Assembly (NCBI RefSeq): GCF_964204645.1 | Contig: NC_134032.1 | Coordinates: forward strand, 372,001 to 436,000 | Length of the DNA: 64,000 nucleotides | Source of the DNA: Tubulanus polymorphus | Taxonomy: Eukaryota > Animalia > Nemertea | Direction: 5' to 3' | In this document: positions 1 through 11,747 of the stretch, in pieces | Layout: each line of letters begins with the position of its first letter | Position numbering within the stretch: position 1 is the stretch's first letter | The notes under the pieces: model-generated | What the model saw: the letters and a program-made list of their open reading frames with translations, nothing else | The model's database searches: none | What the model was told of the DNA's origin: nothing | Position numbers and translations under genes: made by a program

Positions 1-36
1 AATTGTACAGAGCTGGTAACTTATATTCAACTTATT

Positions 37-1921
37 CAGTATCATTCCTGGACTATTAGGATATAGTGGAAACGATGAATAAACTACACTAGCTCAAGGA
101 ATACAGTATTCCTGAAGATGACTATTAGGATATAGTGGAAACGATGAATAAACTACACTAGCTCAAGGAAACATTTCAGACTCTTTTTATTCTTAGTGTG
201 CAGGGATTTTATATTATCTTTACAACACGGACTCAGAGTGTTTCATCAATGGTTATAATGAGGACAACATCAGTATTCCTGAAGATGACTACTAGGATAT
301 AGTGGAAACGTTGAATAAACTACACTAGCTCAAGGAAACATTTCAGACTCTTTTTATTCTTAGTGTGCAGGGATTTTATATTATCTTTACAACACGGGCT
401 CAGAGTGTTTCATCAATGGTTATAATGAGGACGACATCAGTATTCCTGAAGATGACTATTAGGATATAGTGGAAACATTGAATAAACTACACTAGCTCAA
501 GGAAACATTTCAGACTCTTTTTATTCTTAGTGTGCAGGGATTTTATATTATCTTTACAACACGGACTCAGAGTGTTTCATCAATGGTTATAATGAGGACA
601 ACATCAGTATTCCTGAAGATGACTATTAGGATATAGTGGAAACGTTGAATAAACTACACTAGCTCAAGGAAACATTTCAGACTCTTTTTATTCTTAGTGT
701 GCAGGGATTTTATATTATCTTTACAACACGGACTCAGAGTGTTTCATCAATGGTTATAATGAGGACAACATCAGTATTCCTGAAGATGACTACTAGGATA
801 TAGTGGAAACGTTGAATAAACTACACTAGCTCAAGGAAACATTTCAGACTCTTTTTATTCTTAGTGTGCAGGGATTTTATATTATCTTTACAACACGGAC
901 TCAGAGTGTTTCATCAATGGTTATAATGAGGACAACATCAGTATTTCTGAAGATGACTATTAGGATATAGTGGAAACGTTGAATAAACTACACTAGCTCA
1001 AGGAAACATTTCAGACTCTTTTTATTGTTAGTGTGCAGGGATTTTATATTATCTTTACAACACGGACTCAGAGTGTTTCATCAATGGTTATAATGAAGAC
1101 AGCATCAGTATTCCTGAAGATGACTATTAGGATATAGTCGAAACGTTGAATAAACTACACTAGCTCAAGGAAACATTTCAGACTCTTTTTATTCTTAGTG
1201 TGCAGGGATTTTATATTATCTTTACAACACGGACTCAGAGTGTTTCATCAATGGTTATAATGAGGACAACATCAGTATTCCTGAAGATGACTATTAGGAT
1301 ATAGTGGAAACGTTGAATAAACTACACTAGCTCAAGGAAACATTTCAGACTCTTTTTATTCTTAGTGTGCAGGGATTTTATATTATCTTTACAACACGGA
1401 CTCAGAGTGTTTCATCAATGGTTATAATGAGGACAACATCTGTATTCCTGAAGATGACTATTAGGATATAGTGGAAACGTTGAATAAACTACACTAGCTC
1501 AAGGAAACATTTCAGACTCTTTTTATTCTTAGTGTGCAGGGATTTTATATTATCTTTACAACACGGACTCAGAGTGTTTCATCAATGGTTATAATGAGGA
1601 CAACATCAGTATTCCTGAAGATGACTATTAGGATATAGTCGAAACGTTGAATAAACTACACTAGCTCAAGGAAACATTTCAGACTCTTTTTATTCTTATT
1701 GTGCAGGGATTTTATATTATCTTTACAACACAGACTCAGAGTGTTTCATCAATGGTTATAATGAGGACAACATCAGTATTCCTGATGATGACTATTAGGA
1801 TATAGTGGAAACGTTGAATAAACTACACTAGCTCAAGGAAACATTTCAGACTCTTTTTATTCTTAGTGTGCAGGGATTTTATATTATCTTTACAACACGG
1901 ACTCGCAGTGTTTCATGGTTA
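37..1921 (+). mobile_element. 167-bp tandem array of hammerhead-containing units (retrozyme/Penelope pLTR-like), array 1, 11 ribozyme cores
   Basis: Stem I/core (TATTC-CTGAAGA) recurs at 107, 274, 441 and so on to 1777, an exact 167-bp period. Unit carries TATTC CTGAAGA T GACTAT taggat ATAGT(C/G) GAAAC GTT GAATA overlapping AATAAA. A short, core-deleted unit lies at 37-106. Confidence 0.85.
1109..1152 (+). ncRNA. Minimal type I hammerhead ribozyme, intact copy (another at 1610-1653)
   Basis: Stem I TATTC/GAATA, core CUGAAGA plus an extra U, stem II GACUAU/AUAGUC closed by G-C, GAAA, palindromic ACGU instead of helix III, predicted cleavage after GUU. Confidence 0.8.
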
Positions 1922-2397
1922 CTACTCTCTTACAATTGCGGGTTATTTTGAATAATGGATATCGGTTTTTTTCGTGATATTTCTATCTCGCCAGATTCAG
2001 AGACTCATAAATCAATCTAACATAATTTCATTCGTCAAAACTTCCGAAAGTTATAATTAGCCGGAGTCATCTCCCGAGCGAGATCTACATACAGCTCGTA
2101 AACCACAATAAACCGGCGTTATATATTACGCAATATATGTAAATGAACGCCCTCTATCGCCGACACGGGAATAATAAATGATACCGGGACTGTATTTTAA
2201 TTCAATATCCCCCCAGAGATCCCCCTAAAAATGATAGCGTGTACGGAGTTACCGATGTCTACGGTACAGCTTAGAATTAACTTAACATCGTAACAGTTTA
2301 TTTAAGCTGTGCCGTATCATCCAACCTTCCTGCCCAACACAGACGACTCAGGGAAACACGGAAAAAGGAAGACTGAAATTCTTTTCTGAAATTATAG

Positions 2398-2772
2398 TTA
2401 TTATTATTATTCTTTATTTACGAGTTAAATTATATTTATACTGTTTCCGAGATCGAACATGTTTGATTGATTTCGTGTTTGTGCATTATTCAGCGTCTTG
2501 TGCGTTTCACCAGAAACATGAAACACGGTTCCGGGAAATGTCATTATTTTGTATTTACGAATGGAATTATATTAATGTTTCAGAGATCAAACATGTTTGA
2601 ATTATTCGTGTTTCTGCATTTCTTTGTGTCGCGTGCGTTCACTAGAAACATGAAACATGGTTTCGGGAAATAATGATAATTACTACTATTATTCTTTATT
2701 TACGAATGGAATTACATCATCGAACATGTTTGATTGATTCCGTGTTTCTGCGGTTCACCGTGTCGCGTGCGT
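2398..2772. repeat. Diverged tandem repeat, about 130-140 bp, about 2.7 copies
   Basis: Recurring blocks tatttacga, atc(g/a)aacatgtttga and agaaacatgaaaca(c/t)ggtt(c/t)cgggaaat. Confidence 0.75.
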
Positions 2773-2820
2773 CGGGCTTTAAAACGTAACGACTTGCGAA
2801 AGGCGCGCATGCTTACTTAC

Positions 2821-2879
2821 CTAGACGAGGGGGAGACATACGCAAATAGTTTGTCAGTAAATTGTCCATAAATGCGGAT
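2821..2879 (-). CDS. Internal coding exon (59 nt) of a putative Cys-loop ligand-gated ion channel subunit, (Q)SAFMDNLLTNYLRMSPPRL
   Basis: Minus-strand acceptor ttttatttctatctcag and donor TAG|GTAAGT. Open in the phase set by the 11635 exon (CA+A = Gln) and ends in phase 1. Peptide resembles the GlyR/GABA-A/GluCl N-terminal helix S-x-x-LD-x-LL-x-x-Y...P. Confidence 0.68.
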
Positions 2880-3574
2880 CTGAGATAGAAATAAAACAAG
2901 ATAACACAAACAACATCGAGATTTGAAGAAACAAACGCTAAAATATCAACGACAAACATCGAACTAATTATTCAGAAATAGTGTTCACAAATAAACGTAT
3001 ACACATAAAGAACGGCTGATCATTTTCTGTTTTTGTCGAAAAATACAATCTCCTCTCCGCTTGCGCGAAAAATAATGTGCAAATCAAAATCTATCACCTT
3101 TACGGAGGGCGCAAAATTAAAAAACAGCGAAAATAAACTGGTTTTTATTTCTAGAATTTCCTGAAAGAGAAAAAAACAGCTAGAAATCCTCAAAACACTA
3201 TACACACTATATAAAACCGATCGATACGACTAACACAACGAACATCTATTGACACGAGAGGGCGCCACGAGCCGTCGGTGAATACCTGTGAATACAGATG
3301 GCGATATTTTCTTGTCGTAGCCGCGCAATAGCTCAGTTTCGATCCAGAATCCTCTATAAAAATAACAATTTACCAATTTAATAAAATTGAATGTTTTCGA
3401 TATCCTACTTGTGCTTCACGATGGCCCACTAGGTAGCGCTAGTGTGCAGTTGGACAAATATGATTGATTTCTGCTGAATTAAAATCTGTCCATCTGAAAT
3501 TCAAAATCATGTCATTTTGCCAGTTTATCGAGATTGTGATGATGTATTCATCGTGTAAAAGTGGAACAATATCA

Positions 3575-3792
3575 GAAAAACCCTTCGACAGGATTTACAG
3601 TTTATTAGACAAATTTACTTCCCACGGGACAAAGAGATTGGCCTTGACTTGGCCTTGACTTGTTAAAAATTACTCACAAAGTAAGCGTAAAATAGTTCGT
3701 TTATCAAATTATCAATCTGTGTCCTTGAATACAATAGTAGGTGTTCCCCAGGGATCAATTCTAGGGCCATTACTTGTGATTGTCGTTATTAA
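3575..3792 (+). pseudogene. Decayed non-LTR (CR1/L2-group) reverse transcriptase fragment
   Basis: GVPQGSILGPLL at 3740-3775, preceded by KPFDRIYSLLDKF (KAFD..H..LL.KL-like); frame disrupted. Confidence 0.8.
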
Positions 3793-4929
3793 GATGCTTA
3801 TGTTAAAATTGCGTTAATGTCAGAGGGAAACAAGACATAGAGATAGAAGAGGCGAGAGAGAGAGAGAGAGGGGGGAGGGGGGGGGGAGAAAGAGAGAAAA
3901 GGAGGGGAGAAGGATAAGGTTCATGAAAGGAAAAACCACGTAACGCATTAAACAGTTTCGGTTCGTGAACAACAAGGGACGTAAAAAATTGTCAACAAAA
4001 AAGCCCATGAAGACATTATCATCAATATCCGCCAACCGCTGTAACCATTGACAACCGTTATATCGAAATACAATCCGAGATGTGACACCGCCAGCGGCAG
4101 GCGAGGTGTAAAATAAATCTAACTGGGAAAAAATGACAAACGGATTTCATGAAATCGCATAATTTGAGTCTGAGTGACTGATCTATAGATATTCAATGAA
4201 CTGACGTGTGCAATTCATAATCAACGATCTGAAAATCGAAATATCTCCCGTGTTTTAACTGTAGGAGCGCAAAACATCAGAGACAATGAAAAAACTGATT
4301 AAATATCAACTATTACACAAGTCTGGCGACTAAATATGTAAACGTCTACTTTTTTGGACGGACAGAGAGATTCGTTTTAATAGGAGTCATTGACTCAGGA
4401 GTGTCTACCTACACCATTCTCATCGTCACGACGACTCTGGAGTCACAAGCTGCACAATTCTCTATTGATCTATTATGGATCTGATTCAAACGAATTCAGG
4501 TGATTTCAAATAGACGAAATTTTTCTGGAATTGTTTGTTTACGATTGTGTAAAAGTACGAAATTGACACAAGAATTGAAAAGTGCCGTAACCCCGAAAAC
4601 CCCGCGATTTAGTTGTAACTGAAAAGTGATGGCGATCTTTCGCAATGAATTATGACAATTGAATAATTTCGAAATATCATAAATCCTTTGCCAAACAAAC
4701 TTCCCCATATGCATAATTCTCGCGGAGAAATTCGGTAATAAGGAAATTTTTTGATCGAGTCGCCGAATCGCGCGTAGTGAATGTAATAACGAATTGGATC
4801 CTTAATGAACGTCGGCAGCAAAAACACGATGTCGACGAGCGACATAAAAAACCTTATGAGCCTTATAAATCGAAGGTAAGATCCTCAGTCACATTTCAAA
4901 TTTCTCTTAGTTATAAATCAAATCAGTAT

Positions 4930-5475
4930 TTCTTAGGAACAGAATCGAATTTGTTAAACTATCAATATTGTTTTTTACTTGAATAAGCGAGAAAATGGTC
5001 AAATGTTCAAATAATCAGTTATCAAACGTAACGATGTTCACAAACCAGTACGGGGATAGCTTTTTGTCATGTTTTCCAAAAATATTGGCAAAAGATTGCA
5101 ACGATCGCTTTAAATCTCATATTTTGGTAGATATTATCCATTATAATGAATTAGGTTTCAGGAAGATACAATCTTCGGCTTTTACTCTAGTTAGAACGTG
5201 AACAATCGATAAGATTTAACATAGTTTGGATAGCAAAAAACAACTGTTGGTGTCGATCTATAGACTTGTACAAAGCGTTCGACACATCAAACGATTGTAT
5301 TAAACCAATTAAATTCCCATTAGATCAAAGGATTGGCCTTGTCCTGGTTAGAAAATTATCTGTAAAATAGACGTAAAATAGTTCGATCATCAAATTATCA
5401 ATCTGTACCTTTGAATACAATAATAATAGGTGTACTCCGGGATAACTTCTGGAGCCGTTACTCTTTATTGCGCAT
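4930..5475 (+). pseudogene. Second decayed non-LTR RT fragment, homologous to the 3.6-3.8 kb piece
   Basis: NQYG near 5044, IDLYKAFDT at 5260-5286 and a degenerate GV..G..L.PLLF near 5430-5470. Shares aaattatcaatctgt..cttgaatacaata with the 3.7 kb copy. Confidence 0.75.
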
Positions 5476-6756
5476 TGTGTTAATCCGAGGTTTCAATTTC
5501 CAGCCTTAGCTATTTAATTAATTCTTGAATAAATCAGATTCTCGTTACTAAACATATTTCTCACAATCTTTCACCTTTTGTCGCCCTGAAAACATTATTG
5601 ATTAGACCGAACAAGAGAAGTAAGAACAATATGCCAGAATGAATACATCATGCGATTCGTCTCGAGACAAACTGTTCCGCTACTGCTGGTAAATTGCACG
5701 GATTATTGAAATGCTTTTCACTTGAGACAAAAACAGCTGCAACAAGCCGAGGGAGATAGTCTGCGTAACCTCCTCCGAGCGGTGATGAGAGCGCAGTGGA
5801 TTTAGATCCGTATCAGATGCAGTGAAATTGACGGCTTCTGTCTGTATCACTGCGCATCTCTGTCACTCGTCTGTTAACGGAATGAAGACGATGTTTGTCT
5901 CCGGATTTATCGACTTCACAGGAACCCGATACCGCCGTAAAGTATATGTTTTAATTATGTCCAGGATCAAGTTTGTGTCGGGAGTAATGAATAATAATGA
6001 AAGATGGCTGCTGTAGATAGATAGAGATTCCCTGCTGCACGCAACAGTCAACTCTGTATAGCTCAATTACAGTTCCGACTTCATCGACGATCCGAAAACC
6101 GCGCGAATGATAGTTTCACTGATAATTATTGTTAATTTAATTTATGTCTGATTCAGACATAAATCATCAGCTCCATCATAAGTTCAACATATCAATAGAA
6201 TTCTCCTGAACACTGAGTTCATTCATTCGATCAGTACCTTCTACGTATATTCCCAATACAAAAACTCATCATCAGTTTTTATATTGGTTTTAATATTTCA
6301 TACGTATATCGGTGATGATAGTTGGGTAGGGGGGAGAGGGGGGAGATAGCTCGAATGGGGTGGGGAGTGAGTGAGTGAGTGAGGGGAGTGAGATTGGAAA
6401 GGGGGCGCAAATATTACCAAGTCCTTTCTCGTTCATTGATCGTTAATGCCGTATACAATTAGCTGCGTAATAGAAATATTCTATAAAGAGCGTCGATTTT
6501 ATAAATTGCGGCCCCTGGGCGAAACTGGCGTGTTATACCGTCTGCCTGTCTGTCTGTCTGGTTCATTTGCGATAAATTGTGCCGGTAAATCCATCAATGC
6601 TAAAAACTGGAAATGGACTGGACTGCGCACGCGATATCTACAGAAAATATCCATTATTCGACTCCGTATAAAAATACTGAAATATCGCTGTTTAAATCAG
6701 CGCTCCGGCGGCCAGTGACACGTGACCATAGTTACAGCGAGAAATATAGCATACTG

Positions 6757-6975
6757 GGAGAGAATAAGAGAGAGGAGAGGGAGAGAGGGAGAGAGGGGGT
6801 CAAGGGGAGACAGGGAGAGGGGGAGAGAGGAGAGATGGGAGAAAGGTCGGAGAGAGGTAGAGAGCAGATGAGAGGGGGTGAAAGGAGAGGGGAGAGAGGA
6901 GAGAGGGGAAGAGAGAGGAGAAAGGTAGGAGAAATGTGGGGGAGGGGGAGAGAGGAGAGAGGGAGGGGAGAGACA
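6757..6975. repeat. GA-rich low-complexity tract
   Basis: Almost pure G/A on the + strand. Similar tracts at about 3835-3915, 9270-9440, 16300-16420, 38028-38100, 47335-47385 and 55885-56030. Confidence 0.9.
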
Positions 6976-7544
6976 AATGATATTTGTATCATCTACTAGT
7001 TCGCTATAATCAAATTTCTTCTACATTTCAATTAAAATTGTATCAACTTTTCTTCACGCAAATCGATTATCCTCACGAAAACTGAACCAAACACGGAGAG
7101 TAATGAACAAGGTTATCGCTCACTATCGCTCAGCGTGTGAAGTCGCTCCTTGGAGCGCTTTATACGCGCGGCTAAATTACATTTTCAAAACGAAATTCAA
7201 TTTCTGAAACAATAAAGAATTTACATTCTAAGATAAACTCAGCCCGCAGGAGAGAATGAGCAGAAATTAATTTAGCAGCGAAAACGGCGGCCGCGGGGGA
7301 TGAAATTCCACTGATTGCCTTCCCGAGATCTGTCTCGCGTCTTAAACAAACTCTCCTCTCTCGTTCTCATCGCTACTAGTTTCAATACGCAGTCATTTTT
7401 CTAATGAATAAAATTCTGCGCCCATAAATCACGCGACAAGACGACAGTTGAGCGATCTGCTACAAGCACCAGGAAATAGACAGCGGCAAGCGAGTATTTC
7501 TCACTATCCATCAGGTGGCGATGATGAATTTCTTCTCAGATATG

Positions 7545-7780
7545 TCCCCAGCGTGCAGAAGGACATCAACTATTGCAGTAAGAGAGGATTTCGCTTGTGG
7601 CAAGTGATGATTCACCAGGTGTCGCTAGTGTGCAGTAGGACATCAACTACTGCGGTAATAGAGGATTCCACCAGGTGTCGCTAGAGTGCAGTAGGACATC
7701 AACAACTGCAGCAATAGAGGATTTAGTCTGTGGCAAGTGAGGATCGACCAGGTGTCGCTAGTGTGGACATCAACTATAAT
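7545..7780 (+). repeat. 77-bp dispersed minisatellite family (CCACCAGGTGTCGCTAG family), cluster
   Basis: Units resembling ggacatcaactactgc..aatagaggattccacttgtggcaagtgaggatccaccaggtgtcgctagtgtgcagta. Confidence 0.85.
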
Positions 7781-8896
7781 TGCTCAAAGATTGAGATTTT
7801 GCATGAATGACGGAGTCTCGAGTTCACGGATGATTAAAAGATCTCAGTTTTAGTAGATGACGAGGGAATTCATGTGTAATGTTAAATGTTGTGTGTATGA
7901 TCCTACAACTTTATCTCTCTCTCTCTTTCTCTGTGTAGACAATCAATCCATTCATTATTTATTCTCTCTAGGGTTTATTGCAGGTTTAGTCGCCAGTCAG
8001 GTTCAGTTCAGATTCGATTGATTGATTACACTACGTAATCCAGCACAAAACACTCGCTATTATTTTCATCCTGAGTTCTATCGGTATCGGGGGTTCATGG
8101 TGCTCGATCAGACCCTAAACATCAGCTTTCTGTCAAATTCCTTCAGCATCGCAACATCGTATCATCGACCTCAGAAAAAAAAACGATCAGTTCTGACGAA
8201 CCCCAGAATTTCGTCCCTTAAAGGATAATTTGATTAATTTCATACTGTCGTATTTTCTGGTGCCCTGAGAAGTTCATTAGTAACAAGGTCATAGCAACGT
8301 AAATCAAATATGGTTCTATGATATTTTTAATTCAAAGAGACTGAGGGAATCCATAATTTTGAAAGTTTCACTGACTTAAAGATGCTTCTGAAAACACCCA
8401 ATAAAGCGATCTGGAATTAATCGTATGTTGAATACATTATGATTAACGCACGACCTTTCCCCTTTCTGTAACGCGACTTTGTCATATCGGATAACGCCCG
8501 ATAGAAGCTAATTCATTTTCTTCGAATGTTGTTTAATGCGACCACCTGTGCCCGTCGCGCGGAATCACCGCTCATCACGAGCGCCTGTATCCCGCACGCA
8601 ACTGTCTCGGCGATCGTTATTCTCGACCCTCTGCTGTGTGTCGCGTTCTGCGACTGATTTTGATCAGAGGCGTCGCGAATCGAGGCTGACAGCATCACGT
8701 GACCTGGAACTAACAGTTAATTACGTGAAATACACGGCGCGTATCAGCCCTGGGGGAGGGGACGACCGTTTAAAACCAGTCTAACATGAGAGTTATTGTG
8801 GGGATATTCAGATTGATCTTCATGGCTCAAATACAGCACGAATGTAAAAGTTGAGAAATTATTATGGGTAGATTTTAGTTGAATTTGACAAATATC

Positions 8897-9110
8897 CAGC
8901 ATAGTTGTCCGAATGCACACTAGCGACATCTGGTAGATCCTCACTTGCCACATGCGGAATCCTCCATTGCCGCAGTAGTTGACATCCTACTGCCACACTA
9001 GCGACACCTGGTGGATCCTTTGCTGCTATATCCACCAGGTGCCGCCTTGTAGTTGCTCAGTAGTGACACCTGGCGGATCCTTTGCTGCTATATCCACCTG
9101 CTGACGACAT
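8897..9110 (-). repeat. 77-bp family cluster, opposite orientation
   Basis: ctagcgacacctggtggatcc-type units. Confidence 0.8.
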
Positions 9111-9915
9111 GTAGTCGCTCAGTGTGGTCGGTGCAAAAACCACCACAGAACAACTTAATATTCTCTACACGATTTTGGTCAAATCACGACGCGCTAAAAA
9201 GCGACAGTGTTCTTATAGATAATTACCCCTGACTCGGGTGACAAATATCCGCGATATCTACCGAAATAGGAGGTGGAAGGGGAACACGGGGTGGATAGAG
9301 GGAAGAGGGGACACGAGGGTGGATAGAGAGAGGAGGGGACACGAGGATGGATAGACGGAGGAGGGGGCATGAGGTGGATAGAGGGAGGAGGGGACACGAG
9401 GATGGATAGAGGGAGGAGGGGACACGGGGATGAGGAGGGGTTGAGTAGTGAAACTAGATTCATCCTCCGTAATCATTATTGACTTGTCGTGTCCACGGTG
9501 AGAGGAGAGTCGATCGAAAACTAATTAGTTTTTTTTTCTGTGAGTGCTAGCTAGCCGCTGTAAGAGGGCTGATAACAAACCGTGCCGTGTAAACACAAGG
9601 TAAAGAACCTAATTCCAGCCGTACGGGTCTCGTTCACGACGCGAAATACCTGTAACATCCGGTTACATCGATTTCACGGTCGACGGACTGGATCTCGATA
9701 CACGCGTATGTCACGTGACTCGCGGTAAAGAGGTGTAAAGGTAATCGGATGTGGAGACCGATTGGATTTCCGGTGAGTGCGAGAGCGAATGGCGTAAAAA
9801 TCAGAAACAGCTGGTCAGCTCAAAGCGAGCGGGTAGCGAGAGGGAAAGCACCGGAGCGAGCAACGTTTATTCTCCTGAATAGAATAAGGATAAGCAGGTT
9901 AATGTATGTGATTTG

Positions 9916-9987
9916 CTGGTTGACCAACACTGCCACCTGACGGATCGACCGGCTAAAAAAACCGAATCAATTGCTGAAACGGCGTCT
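9916..9987 (+). repeat. Dispersed repeat; inverted copy at about 41190-41262
   Basis: ttgaccaacactgccacctgacggatcgaccggctaaaaaaaccgaatcaattgctgaaacggcgtc aligns with the reverse complement of 41190-41262. Confidence 0.75.
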
Positions 9988-11487
9988 TGAGTTGTTCTTG
10001 CAAGATGGTCAACATTTGATTTTAATCATAACTGTAATACGGACGAAAACAGCCTTCCTCTATTGGGCAGTTACGGCTGTGAAATCCTGATGTATGTTCT
10101 TCAATATCTTATTCCTAACTGCGCTTGTATTAGGAACTTGAAATTGTTTGGTGTATTACCGAAGTAATACCATAATTTCTCTGCATTTTTGATTGTTTTG
10201 TATCTAATTGTATTACATTTTCCTCATTTTTTGTATCTTTATTGTAATAAATCCGATGATGTCATGTCTTTGTCATCTTCATCAAGGAGCAATAACATTC
10301 AATATATTGTATTATATTGTTTTCTGTTGCATTGTCATCTTTAGATCTCTAGATTACAAAGCAACTTCAAAAAAGAATTACATAAATCTTAATCTTGTAT
10401 TTCGACAGATTCTACGATAGCAATTCAACTTCATTAGCCGGGAAAATCTTCTAGAAATCTTCTCGTTTGCGATGATTATAGCGTCGCGCTGCGTTATCTA
10501 TAGCTAGAGATAAAGATCTGCCAGTCGTATTGAAACATTCTCAATAGGAGCTTCATATCGACGTTACGTCAAAACGTAACGCTGAGATACCGGTACGTAA
10601 ACAATCCGCCTATCCGTCGACGACTTCCATTGAAAACGGTCGCCTTAGCGTCATAAAACAAATAATAACGTAAACGTTTTCACGCCGTCGACTAGAAAGG
10701 CTATAGAAACGTCTACAGCGTCTGAAAATCTAATCAAACGTTGAATTAAGCGTTGATTGACGCCCGAGTCAGGAAATGACGCCATTCACCGTTAAATTGT
10801 ATTGACACGTTGAAACGGCTGCGGCGGCGGCGGCGTTACTTTGGCGTTGTTGCTTTAACGTAAAGAAACGTTTGCTTACGTTTATTCGACGGCGATGATT
10901 GCGTTCGATTTCCCGGGGACGACGTCGCGGTTAACGTTGTGTATTTGCGTTTATTACGGAGCGTTGACTCGCAACGTAACGTATAACGTTACTTTTATCC
11001 ATACATACACAATCTATCGACGTTAACGCTTGATTTGCCTTTTCGTTTTCGGCGTTGAAATCGGGAAATCAGACGTTGGTTATGATCGCGCTGCATTTGC
11101 GTTCGCCAAGCAAAACCAAGAACAATATTCATTTCTCCAAACGATATTCATTCCGCGCGTTTCGAAAGTGAAACTTGATTAAAAATGGCCGCAAAGCAGC
11201 GATCTCCTCTTCCTAGAAATCGCTTTATACTAAAAAGGGTCATCTAGATTATCTTTCCATTCTAACAATAAGAGTTCAACTAGTAACTGCTTGGAACAGA
11301 GGGTTTCTCGATTTGTTGTAGCCGAGAAATATGAAATAAACATCATCAGACAATCGAAATCGTCACCTTTCTAACGATTCATAAGTTTAAATTTTGTGCC
11401 AAAAGAGGCGGGATGGATGACGATTAATCGCGCTAGAGGTTTTAGATTAAAAAGTGTTAAAATCTGTCCAACAATGCGGTTACCCGC

Positions 11488-11526
11488 GGGACCGCCTCAA
11501 AATGGCGCCTGGAAACTGGAAACTTC
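11488..11526 (+). repeat. Short dispersed repeat with AAAATGGCG (YY1-like); inverted copy at 27374-27410
   Basis: gggaccgcctcaaaatggcgcctggaaactggaaact versus reverse complement gggaccgcaacaaaatggcgcctagaaactggaaact. Confidence 0.7.
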
Positions 11527-11634
11527 CCTATTGCAAAAACACAGTGATTTTTACCTATAAAATTGATTGAATTACCGTAAGAATAGATCTAATCAATGAA
11601 TTGATAATTAATAGAAAAAGTTGATTGTACTTAC

Positions 11635-11747
11635 TGCGACAGAAGACGATTCGTTTTCTCAGTGTGGTTGTTTTTCGAATACGGTTCCACCATCAACAAC
11701 AACAAATTAGTAATCAGCACCAGCAATATTACCGCATCTACTTTCAT
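11635..11747 (-). CDS. First coding part of exon 11635-11806: signal peptide MKVDAVILLVLITNLLLLMVEPYSKNNHTEKTNRLLS, putative Cys-loop receptor subunit
   Basis: Acceptor tatttacag before 11806, in-frame upstream TAA, ATG with A at -3, basic residue plus hydrophobic core, N-H-T sequon, donor CA|GTAAGT in phase 2 matching exon 2821-2879. Confidence 0.7.

Noticed and set aside
10040-10090. LPLLGSYGCEIL resembling the LINE PIL.YGCEIW motif
   Set aside because: Too short and without supporting motifs.
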